Position numbers and translations under genes: made by a program
Part shown: positions 7,991 to 17,315 of the stretch, piece after piece
Position numbering within the stretch: the first letter of the stretch is position 1
How the letters are laid out: every line of letters begins with the position of its first letter
Assembly (NCBI GenBank): GCA_025061735.1
Contig: JANXAU010000004.1
Location: 1,643 to 65,642 of the forward strand
Reading direction: 5' to 3'
From: Candidatus Bipolaricaulota bacterium
GTDB taxonomy: Bacteria; Bipolaricaulota; Bipolaricaulia; RBG-16-55-9; DRXL01
DNA: 64,000 nt
The notes under the pieces: generated by a model
What the model saw: only the letters and a program-made list of their open reading frames with translations
The model's database searches: none
What the model was told of the DNA's origin: nothing

Positions 7991-9328
7991 TTAATAATCG
8001 TCGAGATAATGCTCGATCTCCCAAGGGGTGACGGCGAGGCGATACTCTTGGATCTCTTCTTCTTTGGCTTCGATATACTTTTCCAGGACGTGGGGGCCGA
8101 GGGCGGCCTTGATCACCTCGTCGCGTTTGAGGGCTTCGAGGGACTCTTCTAGGCTCCCCGGCAGGCTGCCGATGCCGCGCTCTTGGCGCTGCTCGCGCGT
8201 CAAGTGATAGATATTCTCTTCGACGGGGTCGGGGGCCTTCAGCTTGCGCTGGATGCCGTCTAAGCCCGCCGCGAGGATCGCTGCGTAGGCCAAGTACGGA
8301 TTGCACGAGGGATCGGGGCTGCGCAGCTCGATGCGCGTCGAGACTTCGGGGGTGTTGCTCGCCGGGACGCGGATGAGCGCCGAGCGATTGATGCGCGCCC
8401 AGCTGATATTGACCGGGGCTTCGTAGCCCGGCACTAAACGCTTATAAGAATTGACCAAGGGATTGGCCAGCGCGGTGATCGCCCCGATGTGCTCGATGAT
8501 CCCCGCCAGGAAGTGCCGCGCGGTCTCACTGAGATTGTAGCTGTCCTTGGGATCGTAGAAGGCGTTCTTGCCCTCTTTGAACAGAGAGATGTGGGTGTGC
8601 ATCCCGCTGCCATTGATCTTGGCGATCGGCTTGGGCATGAAGGTCGCGTGCAGCCCATGCATCATGGCGATCGTCTTGACGACAAATCTAAACGTCACGA
8701 TGTTGTCGGCGGTCTTGAGGACATCGGCGTAGCGAAAGTCGATCTCGTGCTGGCTGTGGGCCACCTCGTGATGGGCCGCTTCGACCTCAAAGCCCATCTT
8801 CTCCAAGGCGACGACAATCGCGGCGCGGGTCTCCTCGCCCTGATCGAGCGGGGTGAGATCGAAGTAGCCGCCGCGGTCGTGCAGCTCGATAGCCGGCTCG
8901 CCGTTGCGACGAAAGAGAAAGAACTCGGCTTCGGCGCCCGCGTACATCGTGTAGCCGAGCTTGGCCGCCTCGGCCACCGCGCGGCGCAGGACGTGGCGCG
9001 GATCGCCCTCGAAGGGCTTTCCATCAGGACGCAGCACGTCGCAGATCAGCCGAGCCGTCTTGGCGTAGCCGCTCTCCAGCGTCCACGGGTAGATCGCGAA
9101 CGTCGTGGGATCGGGTTGTAGATACATATCCGACTCGTAGATGCGCACAAAGCCCTCGATCGAAGAGCCATCGAACGCGATCCCCTTGCTCAGCACCTCC
9201 GACAACTTCGCCGCGGGGATCTCGACGTTCTTGGGGATGCCCAAGATGTCGGTAAACTGCAGCCGAATAAAGTCTATCCCCTCGTCCTTGACGGCCTTGA
9301 GAACCCTCTCGTGCTCTTTGTTGCTCAT
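7991..9328 (-). CDS. glnA: Glutamine synthetase type I (GSI-alpha-like, 445 aa)
   Basis: The N-terminus is MSNKEHERVLKAVKDEGIDFIRLQFTDILG. A GS catalytic-domain motif (KPIAKINGSGMHTHISL) is present. The overall length matches Bacillus-type GSI. Confidence 0.92.
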   Translation of the reverse strand: MSNKEHERVLKAVKDEGIDFIRLQFTDILGIPKNVEIPAAKLSEVLSKGIAFDGSSIEGFVRIYESDMYLQPDPTTFAIYPWTLESGYAKTARLICDVLRPDGKPFEGDPRHVLRRAVAEAAKLGYTMYAGAEAEFFLFRRNGEPAIELHDRGGYFDLTPLDQGEETRAAIVVALEKMGFEVEAAHHEVAHSQHEIDFRYADVLKTADNIVTFRFVVKTIAMMHGLHATFMPKPIAKINGSGMHTHISLFKEGKNAFYDPKDSYNLSETARHFLAGIIEHIGAITALANPLVNSYKRLVPGYEAPVNISWARINRSALIRVPASNTPEVSTRIELRSPDPSCNPYLAYAAILAAGLDGIQRKLKAPDPVEENIYHLTREQRQERGIGSLPGSLEESLEALKRDEVIKAALGPHVLEKYIEAKEEEIQEYRLAVTPWEIEHYLDDY

Positions 9329-9385
9329 GGGCGATCACCTCAGATGATTTAAACTTGGGTCGTTTATAGCATAATTTTTTTTGTT

Positions 9386-9431
9386 TGTCAAGAAATTTCA
9401 CCCAAAACGTCATATATAAAAAATTATGACG
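9386..9431. promoter_or_regulatory. AT-rich divergent glnA/yebC control region with a GlnR/TnrA-like box and a perfect 7-bp inverted repeat
   Basis: TGTCAAGAAATTTCACC (9386-9402) matches the TGTNA-N7-TNACA consensus in 7 of 8 defined positions. CGTCATA-N10-TATGACG (9408-9431) is a perfect inverted repeat. Both sit in the only strongly AT-rich stretch nearby, 55-100 nt upstream of the glnA start. Confidence 0.35.
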
Positions 9432-9555
9432 GATTTATATAGCATATATAAAATAAAATCGGCCCAATAGTAATCAAATGATCGCTCAAGGTGCCAGAGA
9501 AGGGGAGGGCGAGGCGGATTTGCAAACTCTAGCAGAATGGGCTAAATTTAAAGTT

Positions 9556-10302
9556 ATGGCAGGGCATTCGAAATGGGCGAATATTAAATATCGCAAAGAG
9601 CGACAAGACGCGGCCAAGATGAAGATCTTCTCCAAGCTGGCCAAGGAGATCATGATGGCCGCGAAGGCCGGCTCTCCCGATCCTGCGCAGAATATCGCGT
9701 TGGCCAACGCGATCGAGAGGGCGCGCGCGGCCAACGTCCCCAAGGAGAACATCGAGCGGGCGATCAAGCGCGCCACCGGCGAGCTGCCCGGCGCGCAATA
9801 CGAAGAGATCTTCTACGAGGGCTATGGCCCCTACGGCGTAGCCGTCATGGTGCGCGTGGTGACCGATAACAGAAACCGAGCGGTCTCGGAGATCCGGCGC
9901 ATCTTTGAGCAGTACGGGGGCAACTTGGGCGGCTCGGTCGCGTGGCTCTTCACGCGGCGCGGCGTGATCACGCTCGACAAGAAGAAGATCGCGCAAGAGC
10001 GCGATGAGCTTCTGATGCGCGTGATCGATCTGGGCGTGGAGGATCTGCAAGAGAAAGACGGGGAGATCGAACTCTATTGCGAGCCTTCTCATCTGAAGGC
10101 CGTGCGCGAGGCGCTGGAGCGACAGGCCGTGCCCATCGAGCGCGCCGAGGTGCAGCTCGTTCCTCAAAACACCGTCCCGCTCACCGGCCCAGAGGCCGAA
10201 AAGTTCCTCAAATTCATGAGCGCGCTCGATGACCAAGAGGACGTCCAAGAGGTCTACGCCAACTTCGACATCCCCGAGGACGTAATGGATCGGCTCAGCT
10301 AA
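9556..10302 (+). CDS. yebC: YebC/PmpR family DNA-binding transcriptional regulator
   Basis: MAGHSKWANIKYRK is the hallmark YebC N-terminus. The start was moved to the internal ATG at 9556, because the ORF-track start at 9478 adds a non-conserved extension. Confidence 0.9.
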   Translation: MAGHSKWANIKYRKERQDAAKMKIFSKLAKEIMMAAKAGSPDPAQNIALANAIERARAANVPKENIERAIKRATGELPGAQYEEIFYEGYGPYGVAVMVRVVTDNRNRAVSEIRRIFEQYGGNLGGSVAWLFTRRGVITLDKKKIAQERDELLMRVIDLGVEDLQEKDGEIELYCEPSHLKAVREALERQAVPIERAEVQLVPQNTVPLTGPEAEKFLKFMSALDDQEDVQEVYANFDIPEDVMDRLS

Positions 10303-10311
10303 TCTCTCTCG

Positions 10312-10833
10312 ATGGGAAAGGGGGCGATCGGTGTGTTCAGATGGTGGGTGTTTGTATGGGTGCTGGGGATGGGATGGGGGTGCTTCGGCTCTGAGGCGCT
10401 GGCGCAGACGGTGGGCGTGGGGGTTCGAGTTCCCGTAGAGATGAACGACCTCTACTTTGGGCGCCTCACCGATAATCTAGAACTCTTCGGGCAGGTGGCG
10501 TTGGGGCCGTTGGCAGCAGAGGCGGGCGTGCTGGTGCCGTTCTCGCCGTTGGTGGCAGGGGCAGCGTTGAAGTTCTCGTTCTTCCAGATGAGCTATCACA
10601 GCGACGAGGGGGAGCTGCTTATGGAGATCCCCTTCTTCATCGGCGGGGGCGGGGTGCTCATCTCGTTTGGGGAGCTGGCCTTTACGACTTATATCGTCAA
10701 AGCGGGGATGGAGTGGCGTTGGGTGGGGCTGCCGCTGCGGGTGCTGGTGGAGGGGGGCTGGCAGTCGCTGATTGTGGGGCTGCAAGGGACGGGTGGGGTC
10801 TTTTTGAGTCTAGGGCTGCGGTGGGATCTGTGA
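10312..10833 (+). CDS. Small secreted beta-rich hypothetical protein (paralog A)
   Basis: It has a signal peptide (FRWWVFVWVLGMGWGCFGSEALAQ). It is Gly/Val/Leu-rich with alternating hydrophobic residues and ends ...LGLRWDL. Confidence 0.5.
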   Translation: MGKGAIGVFRWWVFVWVLGMGWGCFGSEALAQTVGVGVRVPVEMNDLYFGRLTDNLELFGQVALGPLAAEAGVLVPFSPLVAGAALKFSFFQMSYHSDEGELLMEIPFFIGGGGVLISFGELAFTTYIVKAGMEWRWVGLPLRVLVEGGWQSLIVGLQGTGGVFLSLGLRWDL

Positions 10834-11258
10834 AGGGCGTCATCGCGGTTTGTGTGTGTGTGCTCTGCTTCTCGGTGGTGGGGAGCGCGCAGCCGTTGGG
10901 GATGGGGATCAAAGTACCGTTACAAGCGTTTGTCTCGCTGGGGTTCACGGAGAACTTGTTGCTGGAGTTGGGGCTGCCGATTGGGCTGCGGGTAGGGGGG
11001 GTAGCTGCTGTAGCCGATGTCAAGCTCTTCTTCGCGTCGATAACGGCCGTGCAGCTTCTCTGGAGGCCGTTTGTGGGGGTGGGGGTTTCGGCCCGCCTGC
11101 GCGGCTCGGCGACGGAGATCATGATCGCGGCCACTTTCTTTGCGCTGATTGGCATAGAAGTGCCGCTCTCGCCGTTCAGCCTCTTTGGGGAGGCCTGGCT
11201 CTATGCGGGGGAGCGCCTGCCGGGGATCTTCAGCTTGGGGGTGCGCTACGACTTCTAA
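10830..11258 (+). CDS. Small secreted beta-rich hypothetical protein (paralog B)
   Basis: The GTG start overlaps the stop of paralog A (GTGA). It has a signal peptide (VKGVIAVCVCVLCFSVVGSAQP). Its architecture and C-terminus (GVRYDF) resemble paralog A, suggesting a tandem duplication. Confidence 0.5.
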   Translation: MKGVIAVCVCVLCFSVVGSAQPLGMGIKVPLQAFVSLGFTENLLLELGLPIGLRVGGVAAVADVKLFFASITAVQLLWRPFVGVGVSARLRGSATEIMIAATFFALIGIEVPLSPFSLFGEAWLYAGERLPGIFSLGVRYDF

Positions 11259-11260
11259 CG

Positions 11261-11455
11261 ATGGCCATCGAAACGCTTGCCGAGCGACTTGCCGCTAGCG
11301 AAACCTGGATCAGCCTCTGGCGTGATACCAGCGAAAACGAGATCTATCTCCAATACGGATACGTAGATATCAGCATGCCCGTGGAGGACTTTGAAGACCT
11401 TCTTGAAGCGATGCTCGAAGCGCGTCAGAAGCTCAAGGGGAACAGACGCGCCTAA
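11261..11455 (+). CDS. Small hypothetical protein (64 aa)
   Basis: The ATG at 11261 follows the upstream stop, and composition is coding-like (MAIETLAERLAASETWISLWRDTSENEIYLQYGYVDISMPVEDFEDLLEAMLEARQKLKGNRRA). A competing minus-strand ORF (11255-11578) seemed less plausible. Confidence 0.3.
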   Translation: MAIETLAERLAASETWISLWRDTSENEIYLQYGYVDISMPVEDFEDLLEAMLEARQKLKGNRRA

Positions 11456-12879
11456 AGCCCCGCAAAGAACTCGCTCAATAGCATCAATAATTTCAGACAT
11501 GCTCCCTCCACGGGCGCTACGGCTTGCGCTAGCGATATAGACACAAAGCTCAGCCCCAGCAGCGCCACCCCACCCCAAAGCGCCACCGCCACCAACGGCA
11601 CGATCACTAGATTTCCTAAAAGCGCTTCCCAGAGATAGACGCGCTGAAAATGAGAGAAGAGCACCGGTGCTACAAAGCCCTGTGCCCCCAGCGAGACCAG
11701 CACAAAGAGCGTCACGCTACGAGCGATCTTCTTCCATGCCGGCTCAGCGCGCAAGGAGGGAGTAAGCCCCAAGCGCGGTTGCAGCCATGGCCACGCATAG
11801 AGCACCGATATCACAATCCCCAACGTTCCAGCAAAGCTGAGCTGAAAGCTCGCTTCAAAGAGCGCTTCGGGATCGTAGAGCAGTATCACAAAAGCAGCCG
11901 CAGCCAACGACTGCAACGGATCCGCCCAGCGCCTCAAGATCCAGCCGCGCTCGGCGCAAACGTACCCCAACGCCAAAAAGTAGAACATCAGCGTTGCGCG
12001 CACGAGGCTCGGCTCAAAACCAACGATGAGCAGATACATAAAGACAAAGGGCGTAGCGAACAGATAGAGCCGCGCAAGGCTGAAGCCCCACAGACTCAGA
12101 GCCAGTAGCCCCAAGATCATCGCCAGATTGGCCCCCGACGCGACCAAGACATGGGCGACCCCCGCCTCGCGAAAACCGCGCTCGATCTCCCTCGACAAGC
12201 TCTCGCGCTCACCAAAGAGCAAGGCCTTCAACAGACCGCTATGCTCTGGGGACAGCAACTGCTCTAGACGCCTAAAGAGATCTTCTCTCAGATCGTATCC
12301 CCACTGCAGTAGCTTATTCCCCTGGCGATGGCTTAGAATCTCGATCTCGCTAGAGCGCCACACGCGCACCACGCCCCAGATCTCGCGTCGTCGCAAATAG
12401 TCACGATAGTCAAAGCCCGAAAAATTTCTAGGTGCCCGCGGCGCGGCTCGCACGAGCACCTCGTCGCCATAAGAGATCTTCAATGGCTTATCTTGGCTAC
12501 GATGCTCGTAGAAGACTTGGAGCCTGCCCGGCGCGTCGGAGAGCTGCAAGACGAAGCGCGTGCGCTCCGGCCCACGGTCGGGATAGCTGATCACGATGCC
12601 GCGAACCGGCCAATACCGATCGGCGTAGCGATAGAACTGCTCCACAGGAAATCGCGCGTTGAGATAGAGAGCCGCACCCCCACTGACCAAGACGAGCACC
12701 AGCAAGAACGCAGCTCTCTTCGTCTGCGCTCTCCAAACGCATACAGACCAGCCTATCGCCGCCGGCAGCGCCACGGCCCCCCACAACGGCCACGAGAGCA
12801 CCCCCTCGCTCAGACGCCCTACTAAAATGCCTAACGCTAAAGCGATCGCTGCCCACACGATGGGTCTACGACGTCGCAT
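11452..12879 (-). CDS. ComEC/Rec2-family competence membrane protein (DUF4131 + competence domain, no MBL domain)
   Basis: It is polytopic (many transmembrane helices). N-terminal segments precede a periplasmic OB-like region (RFPVEQFYRYADRYWPVRGIVISYPD), then the ComEC channel-domain pattern. At 475 aa it is too short to include the beta-lactamase domain. Confidence 0.7.
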   Translation of the reverse strand: MRRRRPIVWAAIALALGILVGRLSEGVLSWPLWGAVALPAAIGWSVCVWRAQTKRAAFLLVLVLVSGGAALYLNARFPVEQFYRYADRYWPVRGIVISYPDRGPERTRFVLQLSDAPGRLQVFYEHRSQDKPLKISYGDEVLVRAAPRAPRNFSGFDYRDYLRRREIWGVVRVWRSSEIEILSHRQGNKLLQWGYDLREDLFRRLEQLLSPEHSGLLKALLFGERESLSREIERGFREAGVAHVLVASGANLAMILGLLALSLWGFSLARLYLFATPFVFMYLLIVGFEPSLVRATLMFYFLALGYVCAERGWILRRWADPLQSLAAAAFVILLYDPEALFEASFQLSFAGTLGIVISVLYAWPWLQPRLGLTPSLRAEPAWKKIARSVTLFVLVSLGAQGFVAPVLFSHFQRVYLWEALLGNLVIVPLVAVALWGGVALLGLSFVSISLAQAVAPVEGACLKLLMLLSEFFAGL

Positions 12880-12935
12880 CGGCGTTGGACACCCGACCTT
12901 GGACGAAGAAGATCACACCCAATAATACTCTAATT

Positions 12936-14420
12936 ATGAGCACCCTCTCTATCTCGCTGACATCGCTGCTTCGTCATCTTTGTCACCAGGGCGTCCGGGG
13001 CGATCTTTCGGTGACGATCTCGCAGATCGCCGAGGACTCTCGGAGGGTCTGCCCCGGAGCGCTCTTCGTGGCCATCCCCGGCACGCACCACGACGGACAC
13101 CGCTACATCCAAGCCGCCATCTCCAGCGGCGCCGTCGCCGTTGTGGGAGAACGAGCGGACCTCGACGTACCCGTGACTTATATTCTAGTCGAGAACAGCC
13201 GTCAAGCGCTGGCGGAAGCCGCCGCGGCCTTCTATCGCTTCCCCACCGAGAGGCTCTTCACCGTCGGCGTGACGGGCACCAACGGCAAGACCTCCACCAC
13301 GACCCTAGCCGCCGCCGTTTTAGGAGAGTCCCAGACGGCCCTGAGCAACACCGTCCGCAACGCCCTCGAGCGCCACTGCGACCTCACAACGCCAAGCGCA
13401 ATCGAGCTTCAGCGCCTCGCTTACGAAGCTCTCACTTCGGGGAAGCAGCACTTCGTCATCGAAGTCTCGGCCCACGCGCTCTCTCAATACCGCGTTCACG
13501 CCATAGACTTTGACGTCGGGGTCTTTACCAACCTCACGCACGATCACCTGGACTATTACGGCTCGATGGAGCGCTATCTGCAGGCAAAGCTCTTGTTGTT
13601 TCAATATCTGCGCCCCAGCGCCACGGCGATCATCAACGGCGACGACCCCTACGCCACGCACTTTATCCGAGCGACGCACGCCCGCGTGCTCACCTACGGG
13701 CTGGGAGCGCATCACGATCTGTGGGCCGACGAGATCGTCTTGCACCCTACGGGATCGCGCTTCACGGTGCACACGCCGGCGGGCCTCCTGCCCATCGAGA
13801 CCCTACTCCCCGGCGAGTTCTCGGTCTATAATATTCTCGCAGCCATCGCTGTGGGGCTGGTGCGTGGGCGCTCCTTGGAACAGATCAAGCAAGGGATTGA
13901 ATCGGTGAGGGCGGTGCCGGGGCGCTGCGAACGCTATACGACGCGCGATGGGGTGCATATCGTCGTAGACTTTGCGCACTCGCCCGACGCGCTGGAGCGC
14001 GTTCTCAAGATGCTCAAGCGCTTCTATCCCAGGGTGATCTGCGTCTTCGGCTGCGGTGGAGAGTCCGATCCGTACAAGAGACCCATCATGGGCGAGATCA
14101 GCGGGCGTTACGCCGATTATACGATCATCACCAGCGACAATCCCAAGAGAGAAGACCCTTTAGCGATCATCGCGCAGATAGAGTTTGGGATTCGTCCGCT
14201 GCAAGCGGCCTACGAAGCGATAGCGGATCGTCCTCAAGCGATCTTGCGGGCGCTGGCGCTGGCGCGCGCCGGAGACTGTGTTCTCATCGCGGGGAAGGGG
14301 CACGAGCGCACCCAGATCTTCGCCGATCGCGAGATTCCCTACAACGACAGCGACTTCTTGCGCGAGCGCGGGATCATTTCTCAAAGCCCTTCATCTTATG
14401 CTAGAATATCCTCGCGATGA
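12936..14420 (+). CDS. murE: UDP-N-acetylmuramoyl-L-alanyl-D-glutamate--2,6-diaminopimelate ligase
   Basis: GVTGTNGKTSTTTL is the Mur ligase P-loop, with a DSRRV...LFVAIPGTHHDGH N-terminal domain. The start was chosen at MSTLS (12936). The ORF track begins at 12885, 5 nt from comEC. Confidence 0.88.
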   Translation: MSTLSISLTSLLRHLCHQGVRGDLSVTISQIAEDSRRVCPGALFVAIPGTHHDGHRYIQAAISSGAVAVVGERADLDVPVTYILVENSRQALAEAAAAFYRFPTERLFTVGVTGTNGKTSTTTLAAAVLGESQTALSNTVRNALERHCDLTTPSAIELQRLAYEALTSGKQHFVIEVSAHALSQYRVHAIDFDVGVFTNLTHDHLDYYGSMERYLQAKLLLFQYLRPSATAIINGDDPYATHFIRATHARVLTYGLGAHHDLWADEIVLHPTGSRFTVHTPAGLLPIETLLPGEFSVYNILAAIAVGLVRGRSLEQIKQGIESVRAVPGRCERYTTRDGVHIVVDFAHSPDALERVLKMLKRFYPRVICVFGCGGESDPYKRPIMGEISGRYADYTIITSDNPKREDPLAIIAQIEFGIRPLQAAYEAIADRPQAILRALALARAGDCVLIAGKGHERTQIFADREIPYNDSDFLRERGIISQSPSSYARISSR

Positions 14421-15157
14421 AAAGGCTTGACACCCGCACAGAACAAACGATTGAAAAGTTCTCGCGCGAGATCCAGACGCTCTACGGAGACGATCTCGTC
14501 TCGCTCATCTTATACGGGAGCGCCGCGGGCGTAGATTTCGTACCCGATCGTTCCGATCTCAATTTTCTCGTCGTTCTCCGGAGAGTAACCCCCGAAGCCC
14601 TACGCAAGGCTCTTCCCCTCGTGCGCGACTGGCACCGTCAAAGAATCGCAACCCCGCTCTTCGTTGACCCAGAATTCTTAAAATCGTCTCTCGATGTCTT
14701 CCCCATTGAGTTCTTGGATATGCAAGAGCAGCATCGCCTGCTCGCGGGGCGAGACCTCCTGCTCGATCTGAAAGTCTCGCCCAAGAATCTGAGACTCCAG
14801 TGCGAAGAGGAACTCAAGGGCAAGTTGCTCCATTTACGTCGAGCGTATCTAGAGACGGGCAACCGAGCCGCTGCTTTGGAGGAGCTTATGGCCTCTTCGG
14901 TGAAGTCGTTTCTGGTGATCATGCGCCATCTGTTAAGGCTGAAGGGGCTTCAGCCGGCGCGTGAGTTCTTAGAAGCGCTCGTGCAAGCCGAAGAGGCGTT
15001 TGGCACGTCTTTTGAGGCGATCCGCGATGCGCACAGCCTGCGCTTGGGGGCGCTGCGCCTTGAAAAATCCGAAGCGATCGCGCTCTTCGAGCGCTACCTA
15101 GCAGATATTGAGCGTCTTACTGTTTGTGCCGACGCTCTCTTCAAAGAGGCCCCATGA
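14417..15157 (+). CDS. Nucleotidyltransferase-domain protein (Pol-beta superfamily)
   Basis: A GS...D.D motif is present (LYGSAAGVDFVPDRSDLNFLVVL). About 150 aa of C-terminal helical extension follow. It overlaps the murE stop by 4 nt. Confidence 0.55.
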   Translation: MKRLDTRTEQTIEKFSREIQTLYGDDLVSLILYGSAAGVDFVPDRSDLNFLVVLRRVTPEALRKALPLVRDWHRQRIATPLFVDPEFLKSSLDVFPIEFLDMQEQHRLLAGRDLLLDLKVSPKNLRLQCEEELKGKLLHLRRAYLETGNRAAALEELMASSVKSFLVIMRHLLRLKGLQPAREFLEALVQAEEAFGTSFEAIRDAHSLRLGALRLEKSEAIALFERYLADIERLTVCADALFKEAP

Positions 15158-15921
15158 ACCGATTCGCCCTCTGCGCGCTCTTGCTGATGGCTCACGGCGC
15201 GGTCGCTCAAGAGATCCCTGCGCCTCAAGGGTATGTATCGGATTATGCGGAGTTGCTCAGCGCTCAGGCGCGCGAGCGGCTCACGGCACTCCTGCGCGAA
15301 TTAGAAGCGAAGACAACAGTAGAGATCGCTGTGCTCACGGTGAAGACGACAAGGCCGTTGGATGATTTTCAATACGCTGTGAGGGTCTTCGACGAATGGA
15401 AGATCGGCAAGCGGGGGCAAGACAACGGCGCACTCTTTCTGGTGGTGAGCGAGGATCGTCGCGTGAGGATTCTGACGGGCTACGGACTGGAAGGGATTCT
15501 CCCCGATGGCAAAGTCGGGGCGATTTTAGATGAGTTCGTCTTGCCTTACTTTCGCGAAGGGCGTTACGATGAGGGGATTTACAAGGGCGTCTGGGCGGTT
15601 GCGTTGGTGATCGCGCAGGACGCCAACGTCGAGCTGACCGGCGAGGCGCCGGTAGATATTCGGCGAATTTCCGAGGATGGCCGGGTCGCGTTGCCGTTTA
15701 TTCTCTTTGTCGTTGCTGCTATTATCTTGCTTAGTCTGCTGACGCGGTCGGCGCGTCGGAGCGCGCGTGGTAGTTCCTTCCCGTGGTGGGTTCCGATCCC
15801 GACGGTGGGGAGCGGCATGGGGAGGGGGAGCAGTTGGAGCGGTGGTGGTTTCAGTCGCGGGGGGTTTGGTGGGTTTGGTGGCGGGCGCACCGGCGGCGGA
15901 GGAGCCGGACGTGGCTGGTAA
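15154..15921 (+). CDS. TPM-domain (YgcG-like) protein with a C-terminal transmembrane segment and a Gly-rich tail
   Basis: It has a signal peptide (MNRFALCALLLMAHGAVAQE). A TPM motif is present (GYVSDYAELLSAQARERLTALLRELEAKTTVEIAVLTV). A transmembrane segment (LPFILFVVAAIILLSLL) is followed by a GGF-rich tail. Confidence 0.7.
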   Translation: MNRFALCALLLMAHGAVAQEIPAPQGYVSDYAELLSAQARERLTALLRELEAKTTVEIAVLTVKTTRPLDDFQYAVRVFDEWKIGKRGQDNGALFLVVSEDRRVRILTGYGLEGILPDGKVGAILDEFVLPYFREGRYDEGIYKGVWAVALVIAQDANVELTGEAPVDIRRISEDGRVALPFILFVVAAIILLSLLTRSARRSARGSSFPWWVPIPTVGSGMGRGSSWSGGGFSRGGFGGFGGGRTGGGGAGRGW

Positions 15922-15955
15922 TTTAGAGAATTTTTAAAATAAGAAGGAGGTCATC

Positions 15956-16540
15956 ATGCGTAAAGCGCTATGGATCACCTTGGGCGTGCTGGTCATCTTG
16001 GGGATAGCCGCATACTCGCTCTTTGCCGGGACGTACAATCAGTTTGTCACGCAACAAGAAGAGATTCGCCAGAGATGGGCACAAGTAGATAATCAGCTGC
16101 AACGACGGATGGACTTGATCCCCAATCTCGTCGAGACGGTCAAGGGGTTTGCCGCGCAAGAGCGCACCATCTTAGAAGAGATCGCCAACGCGCGCACCAA
16201 GTACGGCAGTGCGGTGCAGATCTCCGATAAGATCGCCGCGGCGAACGAACTCCAGAGCGCGCTGGCTCGTCTGCTCGTGATCGTCGAGAACTATCCCACG
16301 CTCAAGTCCGATCAGACGTTTATCAGATTGATGGACGAACTCGCGGGCACCGAAAACCGAATCGCCGTTGAGCGGCAGCGCTACAACGAAGCAGTTCAGA
16401 ACTACAACGCGAATATTCGGCGCTTCCCCAATCTCTTCTTAGCGCAACTGTACGGGTTTGCTCCGGCAACGTACTACGAAGTGCCCCCGGAAGCGAAGCT
16501 TCCGCCACGGGTGGATTTTACACCTCCTAGAGGGCCATAA
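15956..16540 (+). CDS. lemA: LemA family protein
   Basis: An N-terminal transmembrane segment precedes the conserved LemA core (NQFVTQQEEIRQRWAQVDNQLQRRMDLIPNLVETVKGFA...ENYPTLKSDQ). It follows the TPM-domain gene, a known pairing. Confidence 0.85.
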   Translation: MRKALWITLGVLVILGIAAYSLFAGTYNQFVTQQEEIRQRWAQVDNQLQRRMDLIPNLVETVKGFAAQERTILEEIANARTKYGSAVQISDKIAAANELQSALARLLVIVENYPTLKSDQTFIRLMDELAGTENRIAVERQRYNEAVQNYNANIRRFPNLFLAQLYGFAPATYYEVPPEAKLPPRVDFTPPRGP

Positions 16541-16545
16541 AGAGT

Positions 16546-17037
16546 TTAGCGCAAGGACTGTGGCAGTTCTGCCAGCCATGCTCGCACTCTACGCACCAGC
16601 TCGCCCGGTTCTATTATTTTTAACGACTCTGGAGGCTTGGGGTAATCTTTTGTGTTAAAGGTCACCAAATAATGAGAGCCGTGTAGATATGCCGCTACAA
16701 GCACTACCAAGTCCTTAGGGTCGGCTCGACCCGCCCATTCCCGTAAGAACTCTGCAGGCGGATCGGGCACTTCTTTCAGAGCCGTCTGCACCAGCGCTTG
16801 GAAGATCGGTAGCCCTTGTGGGAGCTTCTGTTTGAGATTTCGCTCTACTTCTTCTCGCACATAGGGGCAGATTACCCCCTCAATGAGGGTCAGTTCAGCC
16901 AACTGCAATAGAATATAGCTAGCAGAAGAATGGGTTTTGGAAACAGAGCCAGCGATGAGCACGTCCGCATCGAAGAAGACGCGCAGCTTATCACGAGGAG
17001 CCGTAGCGTTCTTGGTAGAGCTGGCGGCGTTGCTCAT
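16546..17037 (-). CDS. PIN-domain toxin (VapC-like)
   Basis: LRVFFDADVLIAG matches the PIN N-terminal acidic motif, and downstream acidic residues are present. The start was placed at the internal ATG (MSNAASSTK). It overlaps the upstream antitoxin gene. The region has lower GC than its surroundings. Confidence 0.5.
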   Translation of the reverse strand: MSNAASSTKNATAPRDKLRVFFDADVLIAGSVSKTHSSASYILLQLAELTLIEGVICPYVREEVERNLKQKLPQGLPIFQALVQTALKEVPDPPAEFLREWAGRADPKDLVVLVAAYLHGSHYLVTFNTKDYPKPPESLKIIEPGELVRRVRAWLAELPQSLR

Positions 17038-17266
17038 CAAGGCCCTCAAGCAAGTCTTCCACCCGGAGGCCCGTCTCTTCACGAAGCCGTTCCAATTCGC
17101 CGACGAGCTTGGGCACCAACGCCTCTTTGGGGGAGAGGACGAAGACTCCATCTAAGTCAAGGAGGAGCAACGATTCGCCCTCTTCCAAGCCATACTTCTT
17201 GCGCAGCTCAGCCGGAAGAGTCAAACTCCCGCGACTGCGGAGCGTAAGCGTTCTAGAACTCATCAT
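16991..17266 (-). CDS. AbrB/MazE/SpoVT-type antitoxin
   Basis: MMSSRTLTLRSRGSLTLPAELRKKYGLEEGESLLLLDLDGVFVLSPK is a swapped-hairpin AbrB-type DNA-binding fold pattern. It sits upstream of, and overlaps, the PIN gene. The ORF-track entry 16991-17590 carries a spurious N-terminal extension. Confidence 0.55.
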   Translation of the reverse strand: MMSSRTLTLRSRGSLTLPAELRKKYGLEEGESLLLLDLDGVFVLSPKEALVPKLVGELERLREETGLRVEDLLEGLDEQRRQLYQERYGSS

Positions 17267-17315
17267 AGTCACCGTGAGGAGTATAGCCAAATTTTGAAAG
17301 ATCTGCCATTGGGCT

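Noticed and set aside
8489-9121. 210-aa + strand ORF inside glnA (similar cases: 9529-10248 antisense to yebC, 23186-23737 antisense to hypD, 28153-28788 antisense to the HerA-like gene, 50124-50948 out of frame over hrcA)
   Set aside because: Each lies antisense or out of frame to a gene with strong family signatures. None has a recognisable motif.
10850-11455. 201-aa + strand ORF spanning the second small secreted paralog
   Set aside because: Most of it overlaps paralog B in another frame. Only the last 64 codons (11261-11455) lie in otherwise unassigned sequence and were kept as a low-confidence small CDS.
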